A DNA stretch of 64,000 nucleotides from a bacterium (GTDB lineage: Bacteria > UBA8248), in assembly GCA_965204535.1 (NCBI GenBank), contig OZ241996.1, positions 1,120,001 through 1,184,000 of the forward strand, in the 5' to 3' direction. Of the stretch, positions 37,176 through 46,970 are shown piece after piece; the stretch's first letter is position 1, and each line of letters opens with the position of its first letter. The position numbers were made by a program, and so were the translations under genes. The notes under the pieces are model-generated. The model searched no databases, was not told the DNA's origin, and saw nothing but the letters and a program-made list of their open reading frames with translations.

Positions 37176-38102
37176 TTACGTGGATACCTCCAGAAACCGC
37201 TTTATAGCTTGTATGATACGTTCCGGTGCGTCCTCTTGAAGGAAATGACTCGCCTCCTCCAACTCATGCGTCGTTGCATGGGGATAAAGCTGTTGCCACA
37301 TGCGCAACACCGCAGGGGGAAGCACCGGGTCCTGCATACCCCAAACCAAGAGCACCGGGATATGCTGGAACTGTGTCAAGCCGTTCTCGATTTGTTGCAT
37401 CTCCGCGTAGGATTCGTCACTTGCCGTGACGGGAATATCGCGTGACCAGCACAGAAGCGCACGCCTGGATTCTGGTGTGCGGAACGGGGCTAGGTAGGCA
37501 TTCAGGACGGTCTCCGTGAGGTGGTTCGAATGGGCGGTCGTTCCCATCAACGCGGGTTTCACATAGCCATTCTTGCCCATAATAAAGGCTTCCCCACGGG
37601 GTGAGCGGATGAGTTCTATCAGCCGTGGCAACGGTCCCCCCGGCCACCGCGCGAACGCCCACGTATTCATCAGGATTAGCCGTTTCAAGCGGCTGGGATG
37701 TCGGATAGCGAAGCCCAGACCGACCGGCCCTCCCCAATCATGGACGACCAAGGTGATGTCGCGTAGTTCCAACCTCAAGATGAGCGTTTCGAGATTGTCA
37801 ATATGATGCCGGAGCCGATACGGATATGGGATTTCAGGCACGCCGGACTTGCCCATGCCCATGTGGTCGGGAACAATGCACCGGGCGTATTTGGAGAGGG
37901 ATGGGAGAAAGCGCCGATAGAGATAACCCCAAGTCGGGTCGCCGTGCAACAGGACCAGTGGGTCTCCTTCACCCACATCCACATAGTGCATTTGAAAGGA
38001 GTCCAGTTCCACATAGTGGGGCTCAAAAGGAAACGTCCCGTCAAAGTTCGCCTCTCTGAGACCAAGCACACGTCTGTTCCTTCCAATTCTCTTCCTGCTC
38101 AT
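37176..38102 (-). CDS. Haloalkane dehalogenase/OleB-like alpha/beta hydrolase
   Basis: LHGDPTW, VVHDWGG nucleophile elbow, WGMQD, ASHFLQED. Confidence 0.85.
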   Translation of the reverse strand: MSRKRIGRNRRVLGLREANFDGTFPFEPHYVELDSFQMHYVDVGEGDPLVLLHGDPTWGYLYRRFLPSLSKYARCIVPDHMGMGKSGVPEIPYPYRLRHHIDNLETLILRLELRDITLVVHDWGGPVGLGFAIRHPSRLKRLILMNTWAFARWPGGPLPRLIELIRSPRGEAFIMGKNGYVKPALMGTTAHSNHLTETVLNAYLAPFRTPESRRALLCWSRDIPVTASDESYAEMQQIENGLTQFQHIPVLLVWGMQDPVLPPAVLRMWQQLYPHATTHELEEASHFLQEDAPERIIQAIKRFLEVST

Positions 38103-38155
38103 ACAATAGGGCAGGTTGTTGACATCATGCTCCCCGAATAGAAACTTTCTAATTG

Positions 38156-38989
38156 CTACTTAAAATCGAACGACAGTTGCGGTTCTTTCTCGCCGGAAGC
38201 GCCTTTTTGGGGATGATTCGAAGAAATGTCTTCTTCTCCTCGGGTGCGCGGCGGTTTTTGGGGTGACTTCGCTTCTTCAGGCCTCGCATGGGTGGGGAGT
38301 TCAGATTCCCCCGGCGGGGGCCATCTCGGCTTTCTCGTTTCAGGCCGGGACGCAGCGTTCGGCCTCCCCGGCTCCTGAGAGTCGTTTCTCGACTTGAGGT
38401 CTGCGGCCGCCATTTCAAATGCCCTCGTCAAATTTTCAGGTTTTTGCCAGACGGCTTCTTGCGAGGATGCCCGGCCCCCGCCCTTCATGCGCATGAGTTT
38501 GGCTTTCAAATCCTCGATGCGCGCGTAAAAGCCGGGGCTGTGGGGCGTGGAGGGGATTCTGAGAAATTTCCGGTCGATGTGGTGCATGAGTTCGTGAATG
38601 AGTGTATCCAGAAACGTCTTGCCCGCGACGATCTGTTTGCGGATAGACGTGAGATTTGCGATTTCGATCATCGCGTTTCGGCAGTGGTAGACGCCGTAGA
38701 GCTTGTAGGCGAGTTTTCCTTCATACATTTCGTGGGGCTGCCGCTCGTTGATCACGCGCAGGCGCGCCCGCGGGATTTTGAGGCTTCGGCAGATGTTGTC
38801 GAGCAGTTTCTGGCCCAGCGCTTCGCGCTCGCTCGCGCTCGTGGATTCGATGAGCTTTCTGGTGAGTTCACGCTCCTCGTCTGCCGGTCGGTATTCGAGC
38901 GCCGGGAATTTGTTGGAGCGCGTGAAATCCGGTGTATTGCGGCGCCTGCCCATGAGAGATGGTTTCCGAGACGAGTCCGGGCGGAACAA
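38156..38989 (-). CDS. SprT/Wss1-like HExxH zinc metalloprotease with disordered tail ending QLSFDFK
   Basis: TLIHELMHH...PHSPGFYARI; start uncertain (TTG 38989 or ATG 38953). Confidence 0.7.
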   Translation of the reverse strand: MFRPDSSRKPSLMGRRRNTPDFTRSNKFPALEYRPADEERELTRKLIESTSASEREALGQKLLDNICRSLKIPRARLRVINERQPHEMYEGKLAYKLYGVYHCRNAMIEIANLTSIRKQIVAGKTFLDTLIHELMHHIDRKFLRIPSTPHSPGFYARIEDLKAKLMRMKGGGRASSQEAVWQKPENLTRAFEMAAADLKSRNDSQEPGRPNAASRPETRKPRWPPPGESELPTHARPEEAKSPQKPPRTRGEEDISSNHPQKGASGEKEPQLSFDFK

Positions 38990-39066
38990 GTCGCAGATAT
39001 GCGATAAGCCAACGAGTCAGGATTATACGCGAATCAGACCCCCGTGGCGAGAGGGCTGATTCGGGC

Positions 39067-40104
39067 CTAGTCGTTCTCCAGAATCTCCTCGATCGTCACA
39101 ATCCGCCTCTCGGCGTTGCTCTTGAGAATTGCCCGCATGATGGCGAGCGCGCGAACACCGTGGCGCCCTGTGACTTCGGGGTCCCTGTCCTCTCGAATGG
39201 CGTCGACGAGGTCGTCGAACTGCTCGCGGTTGGCGAGGAGCCTTCCCTCCACGAGGTCGTGGTCGAGTTCCACGATTGTGGTTTCGAGCCCGCCCATCGG
39301 GTCGATGGGGCGCTTGAGGTTCGGGTTTTCCGTCGTGGAAAGACTCAGGTTCGCTTCGGTGCCCTGAATGTCGTAGGCGAAGTGGAACGGGGCCAGATAG
39401 CTGCTGGAAATAACGCCCATCAGCCCGCTCTTGAAGCGCAGGATGGCCGCGGCGGCGTCTTCCTGGGGGTTGGGGCCGCCCACCTTGGCGCATGAGCCGC
39501 TCACCTCGTCCACGTCGCCGAAGAGGTATTCCATCATGTCCGCAAGATGGATGGTATAGCTGTAGAGCGGTCCTCCCGGGTTCTCCGTGGCGTCCCACCG
39601 CATGCTCTTGGGACCGGCGGTGAAGCCGTGGTTGTTCGAAAAAGTGGCGACCGTGTAGTTCACCAGCCCCAAATCCCCGCTCTCCACGATTTCCTTTGCC
39701 TTGCGGAACATCGGCCAGCGCCGGAAGTTCTGCCCCATGTGGAGTTTGACGCCGAAGTCCCTGCAAGCCTGTTCGATGGATTTCGCGTCGGAAACGCTGA
39801 GCGCCATGGGCTTTTCCAGATGAATGTGCTTGCCCGCTCGGGCGGCGGCCATGGCGATTTCCTTGTGCACGGAGTTCGCGGTGGCGATGACGACGGCTTC
39901 AGTCTCAGAGTCGGCCATCACCTCGTCAATAGAAGTAAAATTCTTTCCGCCGTATTTGCCCACAAACTCCTCGCGGGAAGAGGGCGTGCGGGCGAAGCCG
40001 CCTGTGACTTCCACCTTGCCGGAAGCGAGGGCGGCGTCTGCGAGCACGGCACCCCACCAGCCGAGCCCGATGAAGGCCATGCCGATTTTTGGAGAATCAT
40101 TCAT
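39067..40104 (-). CDS. Gfo/Idh/MocA oxidoreductase
   Basis: IGLGWWG, GKHIHLEKPMA. Confidence 0.9.
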   Translation of the reverse strand: MNDSPKIGMAFIGLGWWGAVLADAALASGKVEVTGGFARTPSSREEFVGKYGGKNFTSIDEVMADSETEAVVIATANSVHKEIAMAAARAGKHIHLEKPMALSVSDAKSIEQACRDFGVKLHMGQNFRRWPMFRKAKEIVESGDLGLVNYTVATFSNNHGFTAGPKSMRWDATENPGGPLYSYTIHLADMMEYLFGDVDEVSGSCAKVGGPNPQEDAAAAILRFKSGLMGVISSSYLAPFHFAYDIQGTEANLSLSTTENPNLKRPIDPMGGLETTIVELDHDLVEGRLLANREQFDDLVDAIREDRDPEVTGRHGVRALAIMRAILKSNAERRIVTIEEILEND

Positions 40105-40175
40105 CTATGGTTTCCTCGTATAAAGAAAAATGCGCGTTACACCCAAGCGAATGGAGAGCGGGTAGCTGATTTCTT

Positions 40176-40943
40176 CTAGCGGCCCTGCCATTCGGGTTTT
40201 CTCTTCTCCATGAAGGCCGCGAGGCCCTCCTGTGTGTCGCGGGAGGTCTGGAGGCGGTAGCTGATGAGTTTGGCATTAGCGATGCCCTCGCGCACGTCGG
40301 GCGTTCTGAGCCCCTTGAGCACCGCTTCTTTCGTGTGCTGCACAGCCAGCGGCGCATTCTCGTTGATGAGGGTGGCCATGGCGCGGGCCTCGTCCATCAG
40401 CTTGTCCTGGGGCACAACCTTGTTCACCATGCCCCAGCGTTCGGCTTCATCCGCGGTAATATTCCTGCCGGTCAGCATGAATTCCATGGCGATGCCGGGC
40501 GGGATGGTCTTGGGCAGGCGCTGGTGGCCGCCGAGGCTCATCGCGCCGTATTTGGGCTGCGGGTAGCCGAAAACCGCGTTTTCGGAAGCAATCCGGATGT
40601 CACACGAGAGCGCCATCGAGCATCCCCCGCCATAGGCGTAGCCGTTCACCGCGGCGATGATGGGCTTGTAAATCTCGTATTCGCCGTACCACATTGTGGG
40701 CGAGTCGTGCTCATTGTACTGGCCCTCGCTCTCGACGACCGAAGTGAGGTCATGGCCGGCACAGAACGCGCGGTCCCCTGCGCCGGTGATGATGGCCGTC
40801 CATACGTTGTTGTCTTTCATGAATTTCTGACTGACGTCGTACAAATCGTCCACCATTTCTTCGGTGTAAGAGTTGAGTTTCTCGGGCCGGTTCAGGGTGA
40901 TGATGGCGGTTCTGCCTTCCACTTCATAATTGATGCGGCTCAT
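40176..40943 (-). CDS. Enoyl-CoA hydratase/isomerase family protein
   Basis: LNRPEKLN, AFCAGHDL, KPIIAAVNGYAYGGG. Confidence 0.92.
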   Translation of the reverse strand: MSRINYEVEGRTAIITLNRPEKLNSYTEEMVDDLYDVSQKFMKDNNVWTAIITGAGDRAFCAGHDLTSVVESEGQYNEHDSPTMWYGEYEIYKPIIAAVNGYAYGGGCSMALSCDIRIASENAVFGYPQPKYGAMSLGGHQRLPKTIPPGIAMEFMLTGRNITADEAERWGMVNKVVPQDKLMDEARAMATLINENAPLAVQHTKEAVLKGLRTPDVREGIANAKLISYRLQTSRDTQEGLAAFMEKRKPEWQGR

Positions 40944-41190
40944 AGGACTTCTCCATATTGGTTTGACGAATCCGCTCGTTGCGTGTCCTTTGGGCCGAAA
41001 GTAGCGAGGCGACGGGGTTAAGTCAACGTCGGAGTGGAATCCTGCTCTTTCGACATACCTCCGAGTCTGCGTTTTCTTGACAGGTCAGGGCGCGGGTGCT
41101 AGCGTCGCCGCGAATTTCATATTCAGAATCATCTTTTGCGGGCTCGATATTTTCAGACCGAAATCTTTGTTTTTCGAGGAGGAAGACGCA

Positions 41191-42429
41191 ATGACGGACT
41201 ACCCCACGTGGGCGCGCGGGTCGATGATGGTCGACTGGGAGCACCGGATTGACATGGACCGCATGCGCCGAGAGCGCGTCGAGAAAACCCAGGCGGCGAT
41301 GAAGGAAAAGGGCATCGACGCCCTCATCCTCTGGAAGGACGAGAACGTGCGCTATCTAACGAGCGCGCGCGTCATCATGATTCAGTACCGCTCCTCCACC
41401 ACCTACGGGGTGCTGCTCAGACAGGAGGGAAACCCGACGCTGCTCGCCTCGAGCGGCGAGGCGCACCGCATCGAGGAGTGCATGCCCTGGATAGACGATT
41501 ACGTGCCCATCGGCATCCTGGAAGAGCCGGGCCTTGTGGAGCACACGGTGGGCACCGACATCAAGAAGCGCTTCGACGACTGGGGAGTTTCGAACGGAAC
41601 CATCGGTCTCGACGGGCACACGTTCACACAGCGGGCGATGATCGAAAAGTATTTCCCGGAAGCCACGTTCGTGGACGGCGAGCAGTTCATGTACATGAGC
41701 CGGGTGCAGAAGACGCCGGACGAGATAGCCTGCCTCCATCAGGCTTGCGCCATCGCCGACGCCGTTACCATCACGGCCTTGAACCACGCTGAGCCGGGCG
41801 TGCGTGAGTTCGACGTGGCGGCCGAGGCCATGAAGACGCTCTTCACCCACGGCGGGGAGTTCGGGCATCTGGCGTCTCCGTTCGTCGCTTCTGGCGAGCA
41901 CATGGCGCCGCCGACGCGCTTTCCCACCGATAAAATCATCAGGAACGCGGACATCGTCTTCATCGATATCGGAGCCTGCTGGAACGGGTATTTCGGCGAC
42001 TGCGGGCGCGCGAAGGTGGCCGGCGGCCCGCCCCATCCCATGCAGAAGAAGGTGTATACAACCGTCTACAAGTCGCTCAAGGCGGGGATCGAAAAGATGC
42101 GCCCAGGCTACACGAACGACGACTCGGCGGCGGAATTCCTGGAAGTCGCGCGCTCGGCAGGCTTGGAGGACAACTTTATCAAGCTGTTCATCGGACACGG
42201 CTGCGGCATTTCGCCCAACGAACCGCCATACGTGGGCGAGGTGATGCCCGGGGCCGAGAGCGTGGAGTTCGTGCCGGGGATGACGTTCGCCATCGAGCCG
42301 CTCATTTTCGTGCCGGGTATTCCCGGCGGGGCCGGCGTGCGGATTGAAGATCATATCCTCATCACCGAGGATGAACCCGTCTACATGACGCGCGCTCCCT
42401 ATTGCGAGGAATTGATCATTCAGGATTGA
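41191..42429 (+). CDS. M24-family (Xaa-Pro peptidase/creatinase fold) hydrolase
   Basis: Metal ligands FIDIG, GDCGR, GHGCG, AIEP, RIED. Confidence 0.88.
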   Translation: MTDYPTWARGSMMVDWEHRIDMDRMRRERVEKTQAAMKEKGIDALILWKDENVRYLTSARVIMIQYRSSTTYGVLLRQEGNPTLLASSGEAHRIEECMPWIDDYVPIGILEEPGLVEHTVGTDIKKRFDDWGVSNGTIGLDGHTFTQRAMIEKYFPEATFVDGEQFMYMSRVQKTPDEIACLHQACAIADAVTITALNHAEPGVREFDVAAEAMKTLFTHGGEFGHLASPFVASGEHMAPPTRFPTDKIIRNADIVFIDIGACWNGYFGDCGRAKVAGGPPHPMQKKVYTTVYKSLKAGIEKMRPGYTNDDSAAEFLEVARSAGLEDNFIKLFIGHGCGISPNEPPYVGEVMPGAESVEFVPGMTFAIEPLIFVPGIPGGAGVRIEDHILITEDEPVYMTRAPYCEELIIQD

Positions 42430-42449
42430 GCAGGCGTTGACTTGAATCG

Positions 42450-42482
42450 GCGCCCCTGGCCTGAGGTCCGGGGGCGCTTTTT
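42450..42482 (+). terminator. Intrinsic terminator
   Basis: gcgcccc..ggggcgc plus ttttt. Confidence 0.65.
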
Positions 42483-42509
42483 CATTTTGTTGGTTGTGAG
42501 GCGAGGCAT

Positions 42510-43370
42510 GTGTTGACAGAGATTCCCCTGGCCATCGCGGCGTCGGCTTTTTTTGCGCTGACCTTCATCTTCTCGCGCCTGGCGACGCGGGAGGCGACGC
42601 CCGTGTTCGGCGGGTTCGTGGCTTCGGCCACGGTGACGCTCCTTTATCTGCCCTGGATAGCGGCGAGCGTACCGCTGAGCGCTTTCGCCAACCCGCACCT
42701 GCTCTGGTTCGTGGGGCTCGGCGTCATCACGCCCAGCATATCGAGGACGTTTCAGTTCGCGGGCGTCCAGCGCATCGGGGCGGCGCCTTCGGGCATCCTG
42801 CGCGGCCTGGGTCCTCTTTTCTCGAGCACACTGGCCGTCTTGCTGCTGGGCGAGCAACTCACGCCGATCCTCGCCCTGGGAACCGCCCTCATCGTCTGCG
42901 GCATCGTCGTCTTGTCGATCAGGAAAGACGAGATGCGCTCTTGGGCGCTCACCGGAATCGCCTACGCCATCGGCGCCACGCTCATATGGGTCATGCGCGA
43001 CCTCATCATCCGCTACTCCTCGCCGGATGTGCCCTACAAGACGCTGGCGATTTTCGTGATGGCGGGGACGTCGAGCATCGTCATGGCGTTGGTTCTTGCG
43101 AATTCCAAAAGCGGGCGCGAGGACTTCACCGGAAAGGGCCTCTTTTATTTCGTCCTCGTGGGACTCGCCAGTTTCTCGGCTCTGACATCGCTTTTCTTCG
43201 CCCTCGAGGAGGGACGTATCGTCGTTGTGACGCCGATCACCTCGGCGCAACCTTTGTTCGTGCTGCTCTTCTCGCGCTTCTTACCGCAAGGCATGGAGCC
43301 GCTGACGCCGCTCATGGTGCTGGGCGCGGCATTTATCGTCGCGGGAGGCGCGCTGATCAGCCTGGCGTGA
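42510..43370 (+). CDS. DMT/EamA-family transporter
   Basis: About 10 TM, duplicated EamA halves (LLGEQLT). Confidence 0.85.
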   Translation: MLTEIPLAIAASAFFALTFIFSRLATREATPVFGGFVASATVTLLYLPWIAASVPLSAFANPHLLWFVGLGVITPSISRTFQFAGVQRIGAAPSGILRGLGPLFSSTLAVLLLGEQLTPILALGTALIVCGIVVLSIRKDEMRSWALTGIAYAIGATLIWVMRDLIIRYSSPDVPYKTLAIFVMAGTSSIVMALVLANSKSGREDFTGKGLFYFVLVGLASFSALTSLFFALEEGRIVVVTPITSAQPLFVLLFSRFLPQGMEPLTPLMVLGAAFIVAGGALISLA

Positions 43371-44429
43371 TCAGTCGGCGAGTCTGTCGTTCAGGTCGAG
43401 ATCTCCGGCCAACTCCCTGAGCTGGGCGAGCACGGGCGCTGCGATGGGCACGCCGTCTCGGCGCATCTGTTCTTTTCTTCGCGCGAGATTCTCGCCCGGA
43501 ATCCGGATGGGGCTCTTGCCCTCCATGGGGGTGGAATTTCTGATCTCGCGGATTCTCATGTCCATCTCCGCCTTGAAATCATCCAGATCGCGGAAGATGT
43601 CTGGCCGCATGGCGAAAAACACCTGGCCGGTGTTCGTGGGTGTCTTGAAGTCCTTGTTGAAATCGATAACGTCAGATCCAAAGGCCGCTCCGTTCAGAAC
43701 GCCTGCGAGCGCGCCGATCATCATGTTCAGACCATATCCCTTGTGGCCCCCGATGGGCAGCAGAAAACCCTCCTCGGCGCGCGAGGCGTCGGTGAGGGGT
43801 TTTCCGTCTTTGCTCATCATCCAGCCCTCGGGCATCGGCTTTCCCTCCTGGGCGTAGACCTTCACCTTCCCGTAAGATGTCTCGGTGGTGGCCATGTCGA
43901 GGACGAAGGGGGGTTCCTCACCCGCCGGGATGGCGTAGGCGATGGGGTTGGTGCTCAGGAGCATGTCGACGCCGCCCCAGGGGGGCATGTGGTTGGCGTT
44001 GGCGACGGCCATGTACATGCCGATCATGTCGTGCGCGAGGGGCAAGGCGGCGTAGACGCCCGCGGCACCCGCGTGGTTCCCGTGCTGTATGCCGATCCAC
44101 GCAAGCCCGTTTTCTCGCGCCTTCTCGATGGCGAGTTCGGCGGCGAACGTCACGACCACCTGGCCGAAACCGTTATCCCCGTCGATGAGAGCGCTTACGG
44201 GGGTTTCGCGCTCGGCGCGGATGTCGGGCCTTAGGTTGTAGCCGCCTTCTCGGATTCTCCGGCAATAGGGAGGGAGCCGGAAGATGCCGTGTCCGTGCAT
44301 CCCGTGCAGGTCGGCTTCGATCATGCGGACGGCGCAGATACGGGCATGATCGTCCAAGACGTCGTACGCCACCAGGACGGCGTGAATGAAATTCTCCAGG
44401 CGTTCTACGGGGTAGCGTAGTTCGGACAT
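43371..44429 (-). CDS. Ldh_2-family oxidoreductase (ComC/AllD-like)
   Basis: ADLHGMHGHG, DGDNGFG, STNPIA, LDMAT, GGHKGYGL. Confidence 0.92.
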   Translation of the reverse strand: MSELRYPVERLENFIHAVLVAYDVLDDHARICAVRMIEADLHGMHGHGIFRLPPYCRRIREGGYNLRPDIRAERETPVSALIDGDNGFGQVVVTFAAELAIEKARENGLAWIGIQHGNHAGAAGVYAALPLAHDMIGMYMAVANANHMPPWGGVDMLLSTNPIAYAIPAGEEPPFVLDMATTETSYGKVKVYAQEGKPMPEGWMMSKDGKPLTDASRAEEGFLLPIGGHKGYGLNMMIGALAGVLNGAAFGSDVIDFNKDFKTPTNTGQVFFAMRPDIFRDLDDFKAEMDMRIREIRNSTPMEGKSPIRIPGENLARRKEQMRRDGVPIAAPVLAQLRELAGDLDLNDRLAD

Positions 44430-44669
44430 CGGGTCTCCTTGTTCGAATGGCGGTTTCCGTACTCACGGGGCGCGCCTGCGCGGCGTATGCGCACAGTTCC
44501 AACTGTAAAGATTCCTTAAAAATCGGGTTTTCTCACTTTGGTGAGATTTCTATGATATATTCCCAAGAGCCGTCATGGAAGGCGAATTCGCATCCATGGC
44601 ACAGTTCAAAACGATTCGCCTGTTCTGGAGAACACACCCGACTCCAGCCGCCACCCGAAAGGGGACGAG

Positions 44670-45674
44670 ATGAATTACATCAAAAAGCCCGAATGGTCGA
44701 TGTCCGAACGCGAGGCGACGCCCGAATCCGTTTTTTTGAACCGCCGCAAGTTTTTGGCGGGCGGCGCGGGTCTGATGCTGAGCCAGATGGTGACCCCTCC
44801 CTACTGGCCCGAACGGGACGGGCCGCTCACCCTGGCCCAGGCGAAGAAGGGGGTCGCACATCCTAAGGATCAGACAGTGGGCCTGTACCCGGCGCGCCGG
44901 AATCCTAAGTTCACGCTGGACCGGCCGCTCACGGAAGAAAAAGTGGCGGCCGAGTACAACAATTTCTACGAATTCGGCGGCAACAAGGCGATCTCCTGGT
45001 TGGCCAAGCGCATGGAGACGCGCCCGTGGCAGGTGGAGGTGAAAGGCCACGTCAAAAAGCCCAAAACCTACGATATCGACGAGTTGATCAAGGGCATGAC
45101 GCTCGAGGAGCGGCTGTATCGTTTCCGCTGCGTGGAAGCGTGGGCGATGGCCGTTCCGTGGACGGGTTTCAGGATTTCCGAACTCATCAAGAAAGTAGAG
45201 CCCACGAGCAAGGCGAAATACGTCAAATTCACCACCTTCCTGAACCGCAAGGTGGCGTTGGGGCAGCTCCAGGTCTGGTACCCTTGGCCTTACGTGGAAG
45301 GCCTCACCATGAAGGAGGCCATGAACGAACTGGCTATTATGGGCACGGGCATTTACGGTCATCCCATGCCGCAGCAGCATGGCGCGCCCCTGCGCCTGGT
45401 GGTTCCGTGGAAATATGGATTCAAGAGCATCAAGTCCATCGTTTCCATTGAATTTACGGAAAAGAGGCCCCGCACGTTCTGGGAGAAGGCGGGGCCCAGT
45501 GAATACGGCTTCTGGGCCAATATCAACCCGAAGTTCAACCATCCTAGGTGGTCGCAGGCGTCGGAGCGCATGCTGGGAACGAACGAGAGAAGGCCGACGC
45601 TTCTCTTCAACGGCTATGCGAAATGGGTGGGGGACATGTACCCGGACATGAACGACCGGAAATATTTCATGTAG
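44670..45674 (+). CDS. msrP: Protein-methionine-sulfoxide reductase catalytic subunit
   Basis: Tat motif NRRKFL, YNNFYEF, RFRCVEAW, PWKYGFKSIKSI, HPRWSQA. Confidence 0.94.
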   Translation: MNYIKKPEWSMSEREATPESVFLNRRKFLAGGAGLMLSQMVTPPYWPERDGPLTLAQAKKGVAHPKDQTVGLYPARRNPKFTLDRPLTEEKVAAEYNNFYEFGGNKAISWLAKRMETRPWQVEVKGHVKKPKTYDIDELIKGMTLEERLYRFRCVEAWAMAVPWTGFRISELIKKVEPTSKAKYVKFTTFLNRKVALGQLQVWYPWPYVEGLTMKEAMNELAIMGTGIYGHPMPQQHGAPLRLVVPWKYGFKSIKSIVSIEFTEKRPRTFWEKAGPSEYGFWANINPKFNHPRWSQASERMLGTNERRPTLLFNGYAKWVGDMYPDMNDRKYFM

Positions 45675-45693
45675 GCGCAGATTTCAGAGAAAA

Positions 45694-45736
45694 ACCATCT
45701 TCCGGCCTTATAAGTTGCCGGGGGATGGTCTTTTTG
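45694..45736. terminator. Bidirectional terminator
   Basis: accatcttccggc..gccgggggatggt flanked by A- and T-runs between convergent genes. Confidence 0.7.
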
Positions 45737-45748
45737 TGCGATAGAAGG

Positions 45749-46924
45749 TTACGCTTTCAAGGCCTGATCCAGATCCTCGATCAAATCGTCCGCGTCCTCG
45801 ATCCCCACGGAAAGCCGGATCAGGGTGTCGCTGATGCCAAGTGCTTCTCTGCTCTCCTCGGTGAGAGAAGCGTGCGTCATGATGGCGGGATGCTCCACCA
45901 GGGATTCCGTCCCCCCTAGGCTCTCCGCCAGGGTGAACAGCCTCACGTTTTCCAGGAATCTGCGCGCCTCTGGCAGGCCGCCTCTTAAGTAGAACGCCAG
46001 CATGCCCCCGAAGCCGCTCATCTGCCTTTTTGCCAGATCGTGCTGGGGGTGAGATTCCAGCCCCGGATATATGACTTTCTCCACTCCGGGGTGCCCCTCA
46101 AAATGCCTGGCGATTTTCATGGCGTTTTGCTGGTGTTTTTCCATCCGCACGGGGAGGGTGTCGATGCCCCGCATGGTCATGTAACAGTCGAATGGAGCGG
46201 GAGTCGCTCCGAGCGCGTTCTGGTAATGCCTGATGCGCTCATGGAGCGCCTGGCTTTTCGTCACCAGCGCGCCGCCGACCACGTCGCTGTGCCCGCCGAT
46301 GTATTTCGTCGTGCTGTGAACGGCGATGTCCGCGCCCAGGGCGAGCGGTCTCTGGAAGTAGGGGCTCATGAAGGTGTTGTCCACGGCGACGATGGCCCCG
46401 TCTTTCCCGTACGTGGAGGCGATGCTCCGGATGTCGGCCATCTTTAAGAGCGGGTTCGTGGGGCTCTCTATCCAGATGAGCCGCGTGTTCTCCCGGATTT
46501 TACCGGCCAGGGACTCCTCATCCGCCATATCCACGTAGTCGCACGCGATGCCGAATTTCTCGAACCCCCGGAAATCCTTGCCCGTGATAAGGCGGAAGGT
46601 TCCGCCATACACGTCGTCCGAGCAAAGCATGTGATCGCCGTGGGAGAGCAGGGCGAAAAGTACCGTGGTGGTGGCGCCCAGACCCGAGGAGAACGCCAGC
46701 CCGTGGCACTCGGCATCCGCGTTATCGGGGCGTTCGAGGCCTGCAATGTTCATCTCCAAGGCCTCTCGCGTCGGGTTGCCCGAGCGCGAGTATTCAAAAT
46801 CGCCGACGGGGTCGCCGGGCGTATGCTGCTTGAACGTGCTGCTCAGGCAGATGTCGGGCTTCACGGCGCCGGTGAGTTCGTTGGGTTCTTTTCCGTGGTG
46901 AATTGCTCTGGTGGATATTTTCAT
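45749..46924 (-). CDS. Cystathionine gamma-lyase/synthase
   Basis: YSRSGNPTR, ESPTNP, VDNTF, HSTTKYIGGHSD, AESLGG. Confidence 0.92.
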   Translation of the reverse strand: MKISTRAIHHGKEPNELTGAVKPDICLSSTFKQHTPGDPVGDFEYSRSGNPTREALEMNIAGLERPDNADAECHGLAFSSGLGATTTVLFALLSHGDHMLCSDDVYGGTFRLITGKDFRGFEKFGIACDYVDMADEESLAGKIRENTRLIWIESPTNPLLKMADIRSIASTYGKDGAIVAVDNTFMSPYFQRPLALGADIAVHSTTKYIGGHSDVVGGALVTKSQALHERIRHYQNALGATPAPFDCYMTMRGIDTLPVRMEKHQQNAMKIARHFEGHPGVEKVIYPGLESHPQHDLAKRQMSGFGGMLAFYLRGGLPEARRFLENVRLFTLAESLGGTESLVEHPAIMTHASLTEESREALGISDTLIRLSVGIEDADDLIEDLDQALKA

Positions 46925-46970
46925 GTTGCTCCAAGAAAGCGGGGGTTGGTTACTGTTTCCGTATCGACCT

